Of a DNA stretch of 64,000 bases, positions 30,612 through 39,011 are shown one piece after another (within the stretch, counting starts at the first letter, position 1; each line of letters begins with the position of its first letter). This DNA is from Alphaproteobacteria bacterium (lineage in GTDB: Bacteria > Pseudomonadota > Alphaproteobacteria > UBA828). Below the pieces are notes generated by a model that was not told the origin of the DNA, did no database searches, and was given only the letters and a program-made list of their open reading frames with translations. The translations under genes were made by a program, and so were the position numbers. Location of the stretch: contig CBDCCI010000001.1 in the NCBI GenBank assembly GCA_965214705.1, forward strand, positions 224,001-288,000. The letters run 5' to 3'.

Positions 30612-30890
30612 GTGGCTATCTTGGACGAGCATCGTAAGCGTCGACTGCGCCAGCTCTGGTACTCGGGCGAAACGCCTGCGCTGTTGGCCGCGCTGATCTT
30701 CTGTGTCGTCACTGCCTACCTGATGGTGAGTGCGGAGCTCCTCCCTGCGGAAGACGGATATGGCATCGCCGGAGTACTCTTCATCTACGTCACCGTGTTC
30801 GTGCTGGCGGGCGGCATCGTCAAGATGCTGCTGAGGCCGGCGTTGCGGTGGTGGGCGAAGTCCCGCGCCGGAGGCGACGGCGGGGCTTAA
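30612..30890 (+). CDS. Small hypothetical membrane protein (two TM helices)
   Basis: Two hydrophobic segments, GGGGA upstream; fills the gap between same-strand genes. Confidence 0.55.
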   Translation: MAILDEHRKRRLRQLWYSGETPALLAALIFCVVTAYLMVSAELLPAEDGYGIAGVLFIYVTVFVLAGGIVKMLLRPALRWWAKSRAGGDGGA

Positions 30891-30929
30891 GGCCCTTGGC
30901 GGCGCAGCCGGCCGCCCCATCCGCATCCC

Positions 30930-31925
30930 TTGTCCCTTCGGGACTCCGAGCCTTCTGACGATCCGAGCGCTATACGCGTCGGCCGCGCTCGCCGCTGGGC
31001 CGCGCGGCCGGCGGGGTTCTGGATCGCGGTCGCGCTGCTCTTTCTCACCGGCGTCCTCTACGGCCTGAGTTACTCGCTCACCGGGGTCTCGGTCGCCAAC
31101 GGCGTTCCCTTCACCAGCTTCGTGCTGCTGATGGGCATGGGTGGGGCCGCGGTCAGCCTGCTCCTGGCGCTCATCTACGGGCAGCCGCCGCCGCTCTCCC
31201 GCGCCCACATAAGCTCCTACGCAGTCGCCGGCATCTCCGGCTATGGCGTGCCCTTCCTGACCGTGGGCTTCGTCAGCGGTGAAGGCGTGCCGGCCGGCAT
31301 CATCAGCATGCTCGTGGTGCTGTCCCCCATCCTCACCTACGTGGGCGCGGTCGCCTTCAGGCTGGAAAGGATCTGGTGGCCTCGGGTCCTCGGCTTCGCC
31401 GTCGGTATCGTCGGCGTGGCGCTCTTGGTGGTGCCGGAAACCAGCTTGCCCTCGCGCGACCTGGTGCCGTGGATCCTGCTCGCACTGCTGCTGCCCGTGG
31501 GCTACACGACCACCAGCTTGGCCACTGCGATCATGCGCCCACCGGCGACCGACTCCCTCCACTTCGCGTTCGGCTTCTTCTTCTTCGGCTCGCTCCCTAT
31601 CCTCGCGGCGGTGGCCGCGACCGACGGCTGGTGGTGGTTTGAGGGTCCGATGGACGCGGGCGACTGGGCGCTGATCACCGCCATCTTCGTCCAGGCTCTT
31701 GGCATCTACCTGTTCGTCGAGCTGATCCGCTTTCTTGGACCGGTCTTTTTCTCGACGGTGAACTTCATCGTGGCCCTTTCCGGCATCGGCTGGGGCATCC
31801 TGTTCTTCGGCGAAAGCCACAGCCATTGGGTCTGGCTCGCCCTGCTCTGCCTCATGCTGGGGGTCTTCTTCGTCATCCTGCGCCGCCGCGAGCGCCCGGA
31901 GCCGGGGGAGGCCGAGCCGGGCTAG
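30930..31925 (+). CDS. DMT/EamA family transporter
   Basis: About 10 TM segments, LSPILT...RLER, GILFFGE; start uncertain. Confidence 0.85.
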   Translation: MSLRDSEPSDDPSAIRVGRARRWAARPAGFWIAVALLFLTGVLYGLSYSLTGVSVANGVPFTSFVLLMGMGGAAVSLLLALIYGQPPPLSRAHISSYAVAGISGYGVPFLTVGFVSGEGVPAGIISMLVVLSPILTYVGAVAFRLERIWWPRVLGFAVGIVGVALLVVPETSLPSRDLVPWILLALLLPVGYTTTSLATAIMRPPATDSLHFAFGFFFFGSLPILAAVAATDGWWWFEGPMDAGDWALITAIFVQALGIYLFVELIRFLGPVFFSTVNFIVALSGIGWGILFFGESHSHWVWLALLCLMLGVFFVILRRRERPEPGEAEPG

Positions 31926-31988
31926 CCGCGCCACACGGGCCCCTGACCGGTCCTGGGCCCACCGGCGTTGCGTTCGCCCCGGATTGCC

Positions 31989-32864
31989 ATGTCGATCCCC
32001 CACATCGCGCTCGCTCTCGCCGTGACCGGCCTCTGGGGCTTCTCCTTCGTGGTCATGCGGGAGCTGCTCGATGCCCTGCCCCCGCTCATGGTGGCCGGGC
32101 TCCGCGTCGTCATTGCCGCGCTGCCCGTCCTGGTTCTCTTTCGCCCGCCGGCGATCCGCTGGTACTGGACCTTAGGCATCGGCTTGACCCAGGGCACGAT
32201 CCAGATGTCGCTGCTGTTCTTCGCCATGGAATTCGGCATGCCGGCAGGGCTCAGCTCGCTGCTGCTCCAATCCCAGGTCTTCTTCACCACGATCTTCGCC
32301 TTCGCGATCCTGGGTGAGAGGCCGGGGCGCGCCCAGTATGCGGGCATCGCCGTCTCCGGCGCGGGCATCGCGATCATCGGCCTCACCCTGCCGGGCGGCC
32401 CGACTCTCGCGGGCCTCGGCTTCGTGCTCGTGTCCGCCGTGTGCTGGGCCTCCTCCAACATGATCGTCAAGCTCGCCGGCACCGACGACCTGCTGCGCCT
32501 GATCGCCTGGGCACACCTGATCGGCATCGCGCCCCTGCTCGGGCTCTCTTACATCTTCGAAGGGGGATCGGCGGCCTTCATCGCGCTCGTCGACATGACC
32601 TGGGTGACTATTGGGGAGCTGTTCTTCCTCGGGCTGATCGCCACCTGCTTCGGCTTCATGCTGTGGAGCTACTTGCTGCGCCGCTATCCGGCCTACCTGG
32701 TGACGCCCTTCTCGCTGGTCATCCCCATCTCGGGCCTGATCAGCACCGCGCTGCTGCTGGACGAAAGCCTGGGGCCGCAGCGGCTCGCGGGCGTCGGGCT
32801 GGTGCTCGTCGGTCTCGTTCTGGCGACGCTCCGCTTCCGTGCCCGCCGCGCCGTGGAGTCTTAA
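31989..32864 (+). CDS. EamA family exporter (O-acetylserine/cysteine exporter-like)
   Basis: LWGFSFVV, GMPAGLSSLLLQSQVFFT, VTPFSLVIP. Confidence 0.88.
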   Translation: MSIPHIALALAVTGLWGFSFVVMRELLDALPPLMVAGLRVVIAALPVLVLFRPPAIRWYWTLGIGLTQGTIQMSLLFFAMEFGMPAGLSSLLLQSQVFFTTIFAFAILGERPGRAQYAGIAVSGAGIAIIGLTLPGGPTLAGLGFVLVSAVCWASSNMIVKLAGTDDLLRLIAWAHLIGIAPLLGLSYIFEGGSAAFIALVDMTWVTIGELFFLGLIATCFGFMLWSYLLRRYPAYLVTPFSLVIPISGLISTALLLDESLGPQRLAGVGLVLVGLVLATLRFRARRAVES

Positions 32865-32908
32865 TCCCGAGGCTGGCAACGGGCGCGCCGCGCGGGTACC
32901 CTCCCGAG

Positions 32909-33760
32909 ATGAAGAAATTCCGCACGCTATTCGCCCGCACCCTCGTCGCAACCGGCGTCGCACTTGGCCTCGCCCTGGCCGCCGCCATGCCGGCGCAGGC
33001 CGAGGTCGTCTGCGATCCCGACAAGATCGAGGACGGCCGCTGCGATCCCGCCGCACCCGCCAAGACCACGGACGGCGGAGACGCCGTATCGGCCGGCGAT
33101 CTGCCGGTCGAGGCGATCCGGCAGATCATCCGCGACTATCTCCTCGAGCAGCCGGAGCTGCTGATCGAGGTTCAGCAGGCGCTGCAGGCCAAGCGCGATG
33201 CAGAGGCCGCCCTGCAAGCGCAGCAGGCCATCCAGATTTATAGCGACGAGATCTTCTCGGACCCCGAGGCGCCGGTCGCGGGGAATCCCGAGGGCGCCAT
33301 CGTGCTGGTCGAGTTCTTCGACTATCGCTGCGGCTACTGCCGGCGCGTCAAGCCCACGCTGGAGACCCTGCTCGCGGAGAACGACGACCTGCGCGTCGTC
33401 TTCAAGGAGTTCCCGATCCTAGGGCCGGAATCGACGCTGGCGGCCCGCGCGGCGCTCGCATCCCGAGCGCAGGGCCTCTACGAGCCGTTTCACTGGGCGT
33501 TGATGAGCACTGACGGCCCCTTCGACCTCGACCACATCCTCGCGGTCGCGCGCTCCGTTGGCCTCGACGACGAGCGGCTCGCGCGCGACATGGAGGAGCC
33601 GGCCATCGATACGCTGATCGATCGGAACGCCGTGCTCGCCAGCGCCCTCGCAATTCGGGGAACGCCGGCCTTCGTCATCGGCGATCGCATGATCCGCGGC
33701 GCGCTGCCGATCGGGCAATTCCGCACCGCCATCGCCGACGCACGGCAGGCCCTGCAGTAA
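32909..33760 (+). CDS. DsbA/ScsC(Com1)-like periplasmic thiol-disulfide oxidoreductase
   Basis: Signal peptide, IRDYLLEQPE helix, EFFDYRCGYC, FKEFPIL, RGTPAF. Confidence 0.92.
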   Translation: MKKFRTLFARTLVATGVALGLALAAAMPAQAEVVCDPDKIEDGRCDPAAPAKTTDGGDAVSAGDLPVEAIRQIIRDYLLEQPELLIEVQQALQAKRDAEAALQAQQAIQIYSDEIFSDPEAPVAGNPEGAIVLVEFFDYRCGYCRRVKPTLETLLAENDDLRVVFKEFPILGPESTLAARAALASRAQGLYEPFHWALMSTDGPFDLDHILAVARSVGLDDERLARDMEEPAIDTLIDRNAVLASALAIRGTPAFVIGDRMIRGALPIGQFRTAIADARQALQ

Positions 33761-33796
33761 GGCGCGAGCACCGCCGCCGACCAACTCAAGAGAAAG

Positions 33797-33818
33797 GGGC
33801 GGGCCCGAAGGCCCGCCC
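33797..33818 (-). terminator. Rho-independent terminator of the amt operon (possibly bidirectional)
   Basis: Minus strand GGGCGGGCC-TTCG-GGCCCGCCC followed by CTTTCTCTT. Confidence 0.8.
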
Positions 33819-33844
33819 TGTAACGTAACGACGGTGGCGCGAGA

Positions 33845-34102
33845 TCAGCTCTTGGCGATCTGAACCTCGTCCGCCGTCGCGATGGTGCCGGTGGCATGGT
33901 GCATGGCGCGTTCCATGCCGACCTCGCGGTAGAGCTTGACCGCTTCGCGGTACTCGCTCTCCTCCTGGTAGATCTGGAAGAAGTGCCAGCCTACCCAGAG
34001 GGCCACGAGGATTCCGACCATCGCCGTCTCGGCGCCCACGCCAGGGTACATGGCGCCGATTTCGGCGGGATTGGTAAAGGAGTCCAAGCCGGTCGAAGCC
34101 AT
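33845..34102 (-). CDS. Small single-TM hypothetical protein downstream of amt
   Basis: GGAGGA RBS overlapping the amt stop; GAMYPGVGAE then a TM helix ending WVGWH. Confidence 0.8.
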   Translation of the reverse strand: MASTGLDSFTNPAEIGAMYPGVGAETAMVGILVALWVGWHFFQIYQEESEYREAVKLYREVGMERAMHHATGTIATADEVQIAKS

Positions 34103-34111
34103 CTTATCCTC

Positions 34112-35518
34112 CTATTCCTTGGCGTAGGTGCGTTCGATCTTCTCGAACGCCGTCTCCTGGTGTGCATGGTAGGGATACGCATCACCGAGTTGATGCGTAT
34201 CCAGCCCCGCCAGCTCGACCTCGCGCGGCACCCGCAGCATGTTGAAGTACTGCAGGACCCGGGCCAGGACGTAGCAGGGCAGGAAGCCCAGCACCCAGAA
34301 CATGATGATCGCCCCCAGAATCTGGCCGACCGGGTTGATTTGCGGCAGGCCTTCCGGAGTCGTGAACAGGGCGATCGAGGCCTCGCGTGCTCCATAGTCG
34401 CCGAACGTCGGCGCCGCGGCCGGGTAACCCCAGAGCACGAAACCACACACGATGACGCCGAAGAACCCGGCGTAACCGTGCACGGCGACCGCGCCGACCG
34501 CATCGTCGATCTTGAACTTACGCTCGACCCAGTGGTGCACGTAGAACATGAACACCACGCCGGCCCCACCGATGAACAGCGCCTGCAACGGATGATAGAG
34601 GTCGTTGCCGGCAGAGGCCGCGATGATGCCGCCGAGACCGCCTGAATAGGTCCAGAACGGATTGCCTTTGCTGACGAGGTAAGCCGCCATCAGGCCGCCC
34701 GAGAAGGACATCAGGAAGTTGTAGACGATCGCAGACAGCGTCGTCGGCATCCCGTAAATGTTGGTCGCCGAGAAGAAGGTCCCTGCCTCGCCGCCGATGT
34801 CGATGATCGGCACGTTGCAGGCCGCGTAGAAGCCCCAGAAACCGGTGAAGATCAGGAACAGCCCGACCGTGACCAGCCATGGGTTGTGCGGCTTGATCTC
34901 GTTGACCTCTCCGTTCGGCCCGAACTTGCCGATGCGTGGCCCCAGTACAAAGAGGATCGCGAGGGCCGAGCCGCCGGCGATGGCGTGCACCACGCCGGAT
35001 GCGTAGGCATCGTGATAGCCCAGGATCTGGACCATCCAGCCGCCCGGGTGCCAGCCCCAGGCCGCGTCGAGGATCCAGGTGAAGGAGCCGATCAGGACCG
35101 CGAAGATGAGGAACGCGCCGGTCTTGATACGCTCGATCACCGCGCCCGAGACAATCGAGGCGGTGGTCCATGAGAAGAGCAGGAACGCCGCCCAGAACAC
35201 GCCAAGGATGCGGTCCTGCATGTGAGCGCCCATGAACTCGTTCCACGGCTCCGCGAACGACGCATCGGAGAATCCGCCGGATGCGAACGGAACATTGGGA
35301 AATGCGAAATAGACGTACCACCCGAAGAAGAAGAACGTGACGGTGACCAGAGGGATCAGCATCGTGTTCTTCATCAAGGTGTGCAGAACGTTCTTGCGCC
35401 GGGACGCGCCTACCTCGTAGGTACAGAACCCGGCGTGAATGAGGAACATCATGACCACCGTGATCCAGTAGTAGGATTCGGTGAAAATTGTTGTCAGGGC
35501 ATCGACAGGATCACCCAT
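34112..35518 (-). CDS. Ammonium transporter (Amt/Rh family), divergent subtype
   Basis: IVSGAVIER, GVVH, LGPRIGKF, IDDAVGAVAVHG, ELAGLD; twin His present; start ATG 35518 chosen. Confidence 0.9.
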   Translation of the reverse strand: MGDPVDALTTIFTESYYWITVVMMFLIHAGFCTYEVGASRRKNVLHTLMKNTMLIPLVTVTFFFFGWYVYFAFPNVPFASGGFSDASFAEPWNEFMGAHMQDRILGVFWAAFLLFSWTTASIVSGAVIERIKTGAFLIFAVLIGSFTWILDAAWGWHPGGWMVQILGYHDAYASGVVHAIAGGSALAILFVLGPRIGKFGPNGEVNEIKPHNPWLVTVGLFLIFTGFWGFYAACNVPIIDIGGEAGTFFSATNIYGMPTTLSAIVYNFLMSFSGGLMAAYLVSKGNPFWTYSGGLGGIIAASAGNDLYHPLQALFIGGAGVVFMFYVHHWVERKFKIDDAVGAVAVHGYAGFFGVIVCGFVLWGYPAAAPTFGDYGAREASIALFTTPEGLPQINPVGQILGAIIMFWVLGFLPCYVLARVLQYFNMLRVPREVELAGLDTHQLGDAYPYHAHQETAFEKIERTYAKE

Positions 35519-35669
35519 AGCGCCCCCCATACCTTGTGATGCCGCACACCGCTGCGTTGCCACTCACGGTGTTGCGGCCCGAGTCGCAACCACGAATCTT
35601 GAGCAGCCCGCGGGGGCATGTCCAGCACCGCCTGCCACGGCGTCTGGAAGACACCTGAAAATCGCTTCA

Positions 35670-35685
35670 ATTACAATGTATTATA
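35670..35685 (-). promoter_or_regulatory. Candidate amt -10 box (TATAAT) with adjacent palindrome TACA-T-TGTA
   Basis: AT-rich patch in GC-rich DNA; minus strand reads GCTATAATACATTGTAATTG. Confidence 0.5.
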
Positions 35686-35846
35686 GCGAGAGAGATGGAT
35701 CGGGATGACAAAGTCCTTGCGACGGGGAGTTGACGCGGGTTTGAAACTCTCGAGTCGCTGGACCGTTACGAATTCAGGGCCGGAGGCGGCTCAGGGCCGT
35801 CAAACCGAGCGTTTTAGACCCTCCGCCGCAGAGGGCGATCCGCGGG

Positions 35847-36704
35847 CTAGGCCCCAGCCGTCATGACAAAGTCGTGGTCGAGACGCAGGCCCTCGTCGGT
35901 CTCATCGTAGTGCACGACCAGGGAGTCCTTGACGCCAAAGACGGCATCGCTCCCGAGATAGGGGTCGTCGTCGGTGAAGAGCTGCGTCACCAGCGTCTCG
36001 TAGCCCGCCGCCGACAGCATGAAATGGATGTGGGCCGGGCGCCAGTTGTGACGGCCGGCGGCATCCAGCATGGCACCGACCGGACCATCGCCCGGGATCG
36101 TGTAGCTCACGGGCTTACGGGTGCGAAACCAGTAGCGCCCGTCGTCGCCGGTAGTCAGGCGGCCGCAGAGGTTGAACGAAGTCCCGGACGGATCCTGCGC
36201 CGCGTACGCGGCGTTTGACGCAGTCTGCCAGATGTCGAGCACCGCGCCCGCGATGGGCGCACCGTCGAGGTCGGTCACCCTGCCCGAGACGAGCACGCGC
36301 TCGCCGCCGGTCTCCCCGTCCGCCAGGTCGGCGCCGTTGTCGTAGTCCGGCGCGCCCTCGCGATAGAAAGGGCCGAGCACGCTGCTCTCGGTGGCACCGC
36401 CTGGTTTGCGGTTGTTGATGGCGTCGATGAGCATGCTTGCGCCGAGCGTGTCCGAGAGCAGGATGAACTCCTGGCGGTTCTCGTCGCACTTCTTGCCGGT
36501 CTCGGTCAGGAAGCGGATCGCCGCCAGCCATTCCTCCTCGGTTGGCTCGATGTCGCGGATGAAGCCGTGGAGGTGGCGGGTCAAGCTGACCATGATCTCC
36601 CGCAAGCGCCCGTCGGCGCCCTGTTCCAGACGCTCGATTGCCGCCTGCGTGATCTCGTCTTCGATGCTCAAGGGCTGGGTCTCAGCGCGTGCGGTCTTCG
36701 CCAT
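35847..36704 (-). CDS. Intradiol ring-cleavage dioxygenase (hydroxyquinol/catechol 1,2-dioxygenase family)
   Basis: RQEFILLSDTLG, SVLGPFY, YTIPGDGPVG, RPAHIHF, DAVFGVKDSL. Confidence 0.93.
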   Translation of the reverse strand: MAKTARAETQPLSIEDEITQAAIERLEQGADGRLREIMVSLTRHLHGFIRDIEPTEEEWLAAIRFLTETGKKCDENRQEFILLSDTLGASMLIDAINNRKPGGATESSVLGPFYREGAPDYDNGADLADGETGGERVLVSGRVTDLDGAPIAGAVLDIWQTASNAAYAAQDPSGTSFNLCGRLTTGDDGRYWFRTRKPVSYTIPGDGPVGAMLDAAGRHNWRPAHIHFMLSAAGYETLVTQLFTDDDPYLGSDAVFGVKDSLVVHYDETDEGLRLDHDFVMTAGA

Positions 36705-36804
36705 CGCGGGTCACTCCCTCGTCTGCGGCCCATGCCATGCGGGCCGTACGTGCCAGCGGCGGTCGCTCGCCGAGGGCGGGGGAGCCGACGCGCCGCCGGG
36801 CCGA

Positions 36805-37914
36805 CTAGTTGCCGACGCGGCGCCCCGAGATCGGGTCGAAGAACAACAGGGTCTCGGTATCGAGATGCACCTCGACCCGGTCGCCGTCGTTGAACTCCTG
36901 CACGCCCGCGACGGTCAGCGCCAGGTTAATCCCCGCCAGATCGATGCCGACCGTCGTGTGCATGCCGAGCGGCTCGAGATCGTTGACGATCCCGGTCCGA
37001 TGCGTTTCGGTCGCGGTCGAGGGCACGATCCGGACATGCTCGGGGCGAAGACCGACCTCGACTTCGCTCAAATGCGCGGGCAGGCCATGCTCCATGCGGT
37101 CCGGCAAGGGCAGGTTCATCGAGCCAATGGAAAGCCTGGCGGTGCCGTTCTCGCGCGCGAGCCGGCCGGGGACGATATTGATCTTGGGATTGCCGACGAA
37201 GCGGGCCACGTCGCGGTCGGCCGGCTCGTCATAGAGCTCCTGCGCCTTCGCGATCTGACGCACCTCACCCTCCAGCAGGACGCAGACGGTATCCGCAAGC
37301 GCCAGGGCTTCGGTGTAGTCCGGCGTCGCGAAGACGAAGGTGCGCCCGAGCTCACGCTGCAGGCGCTTCAGCTCGGTCCGAAGCTCGATGCGGAGCATGA
37401 AGTCGAGGCTCGAGAGCGGCTCGTCCAGCAGGTAGAAGCGCGGCTCACGCACCATGGCGCGGCCGAGTGCCACACGCTGACGCTCGCCGCCGCTAAAGGT
37501 TGCAGGCAGACGGTCGAGAATGTGCCCGATCTTGAGCAGACCGGCGATTTCGTCGACCCGCTTGGCTATCTCGGCCTTCGGCATCCTGGCGAGCTTGAGC
37601 GGGGACGCGACGTTCTCGTACCCCGTCTTGTTGGGGTAGAGCGCGAGATTATCGAAGATCATCGCGATATCGCGCCGATTGGGCTGCAGCTTGGTGAAGT
37701 TCTGTCCTTCGACCCAGACCTCGCCCGAGGTCGGCGCTTCGAGCCCGGCGACGATCCTTAGCGTGGTCGTTTTGCCGGCACCCGCAGGACCCAAGAGCAC
37801 GATCAGCGAGCCGCGCGGCACCTCCAGGCTCAGGTCCCTCAGCGCCTGAACCGAACCGAAGTTCTTGGAGATGGAGCGAAGCTGCAGGAGGGGTTCGTCC
37901 ATGGCCGGGCTCAC
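36805..37914 (-). CDS. CUT1-type ABC ATPase (degenerate Q-loop and H-switch)
   Basis: GPAGAGKTT, FSGGE, LLDEP, C-terminal TOBE-like region. Confidence 0.9.
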   Translation of the reverse strand: MSPAMDEPLLQLRSISKNFGSVQALRDLSLEVPRGSLIVLLGPAGAGKTTTLRIVAGLEAPTSGEVWVEGQNFTKLQPNRRDIAMIFDNLALYPNKTGYENVASPLKLARMPKAEIAKRVDEIAGLLKIGHILDRLPATFSGGERQRVALGRAMVREPRFYLLDEPLSSLDFMLRIELRTELKRLQRELGRTFVFATPDYTEALALADTVCVLLEGEVRQIAKAQELYDEPADRDVARFVGNPKINIVPGRLARENGTARLSIGSMNLPLPDRMEHGLPAHLSEVEVGLRPEHVRIVPSTATETHRTGIVNDLEPLGMHTTVGIDLAGINLALTVAGVQEFNDGDRVEVHLDTETLLFFDPISGRRVGN

Positions 37915-39002
37915 GCCTTGAAGCGGACGCCCGATGCGGCGTCGAACAGGGCCAGCAACTCGGCGTCCGGCCGGATTGCGATTTCGGCCCCCTCGTGGGC
38001 CTGCGTGCCGGTCTCCACGACCAGCTTCAGGTCAGACTGGCCTATGCGAGCCGTGAGAACCGTTTCAGGTCCCTGTGGCTCGACCGCGATGACCGAGGCC
38101 GTAAAGGCTTCGGGGTCGTCCGCTTCCGCCAGCATCATCGACTCGGGCCGCATGCCGACGATCACGTCGGCGCCGTCGCTCACTGCCCCGGCGCTGGCGG
38201 CCGGCACGGGAATGATCGAGCCGTTCTGCGCCACGACCGGCCGGTTGCCGTCATGGCCGAACTGCCCGTGCACGAAGTTCATCGGCGGGTTGCCGAGGAA
38301 GCTGCCGACGAAGGTGTTGTCGGGGTAGTGGTAGACGTTGTGCGCGGTGTCGTATTGCTTGAGCTGGCCGAAATCCATGACCGCGATCCGGTGCGCAAGC
38401 GAGAGCGCTTCGATCTGGTCATGGGTGACATAGATGATGGTCTGCCCGGTCTCGGCCTGAATGCGCCGGAGCTCGCGGCGCATCTGGTTTCGCATCTCGG
38501 CTTCCAGATTGCTCAGCGGCTCGTCAAGCAGCAGAATCTCGGGGTTGGTCACCAGCGTCCGCCCGATCGCGACCCGCTGAAGCTCACTCGCGCCGAGTTC
38601 CAGCGGCTTGTAGTCGAGCTGATGCTCGAGGTGCAGGAACGCGGCGACCTTCGCCACCTCGCGGTCGATATCGGCTCGCGCCATGCCGCGCACGCGGAGC
38701 CCGTATTCCAGATTGCGCCTGACGTTCATGTGGGTGAAGACGGCGTAGTCCTGGAACACCAGGCCGACATTTCGCTGGCCGGGGGGCACCTGGAGCACCG
38801 ACTGCCCGTCGATGAGGATGTCGCCCGAGGTGGGCGCCTCGAGTCCCACGATCATGTTCAGCGTGGTGGACTTGCCGCAGCCGGACGGCCCCAGCAACGC
38901 CATGGTCTCGCCTTCCTCGCAGGCGAGGGACATGTCGTCGACGGCGATGAGTTCTCCGAACTCCTTGCGGAGCTCCACCAGCTCCAGCTTGATGTTTGCC
39001 AT
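37911..39002 (-). CDS. CUT1-type ABC ATPase (degenerate signature)
   Basis: GPSGCGKST, VFQ, LLDEP, YVTHD, PPMN; signature reads LGASE. Confidence 0.92.
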   Translation of the reverse strand: MANIKLELVELRKEFGELIAVDDMSLACEEGETMALLGPSGCGKSTTLNMIVGLEAPTSGDILIDGQSVLQVPPGQRNVGLVFQDYAVFTHMNVRRNLEYGLRVRGMARADIDREVAKVAAFLHLEHQLDYKPLELGASELQRVAIGRTLVTNPEILLLDEPLSNLEAEMRNQMRRELRRIQAETGQTIIYVTHDQIEALSLAHRIAVMDFGQLKQYDTAHNVYHYPDNTFVGSFLGNPPMNFVHGQFGHDGNRPVVAQNGSIIPVPAASAGAVSDGADVIVGMRPESMMLAEADDPEAFTASVIAVEPQGPETVLTARIGQSDLKLVVETGTQAHEGAEIAIRPDAELLALFDAASGVRFKA

Positions 39003-39011
39003 CGTGCCGCG

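Noticed and set aside
35600-35670. Possible glycine or glutamine riboswitch upstream of amt
   Set aside because: Only a TTTCAGG-like fragment is present; the other conserved aptamer elements were not found.
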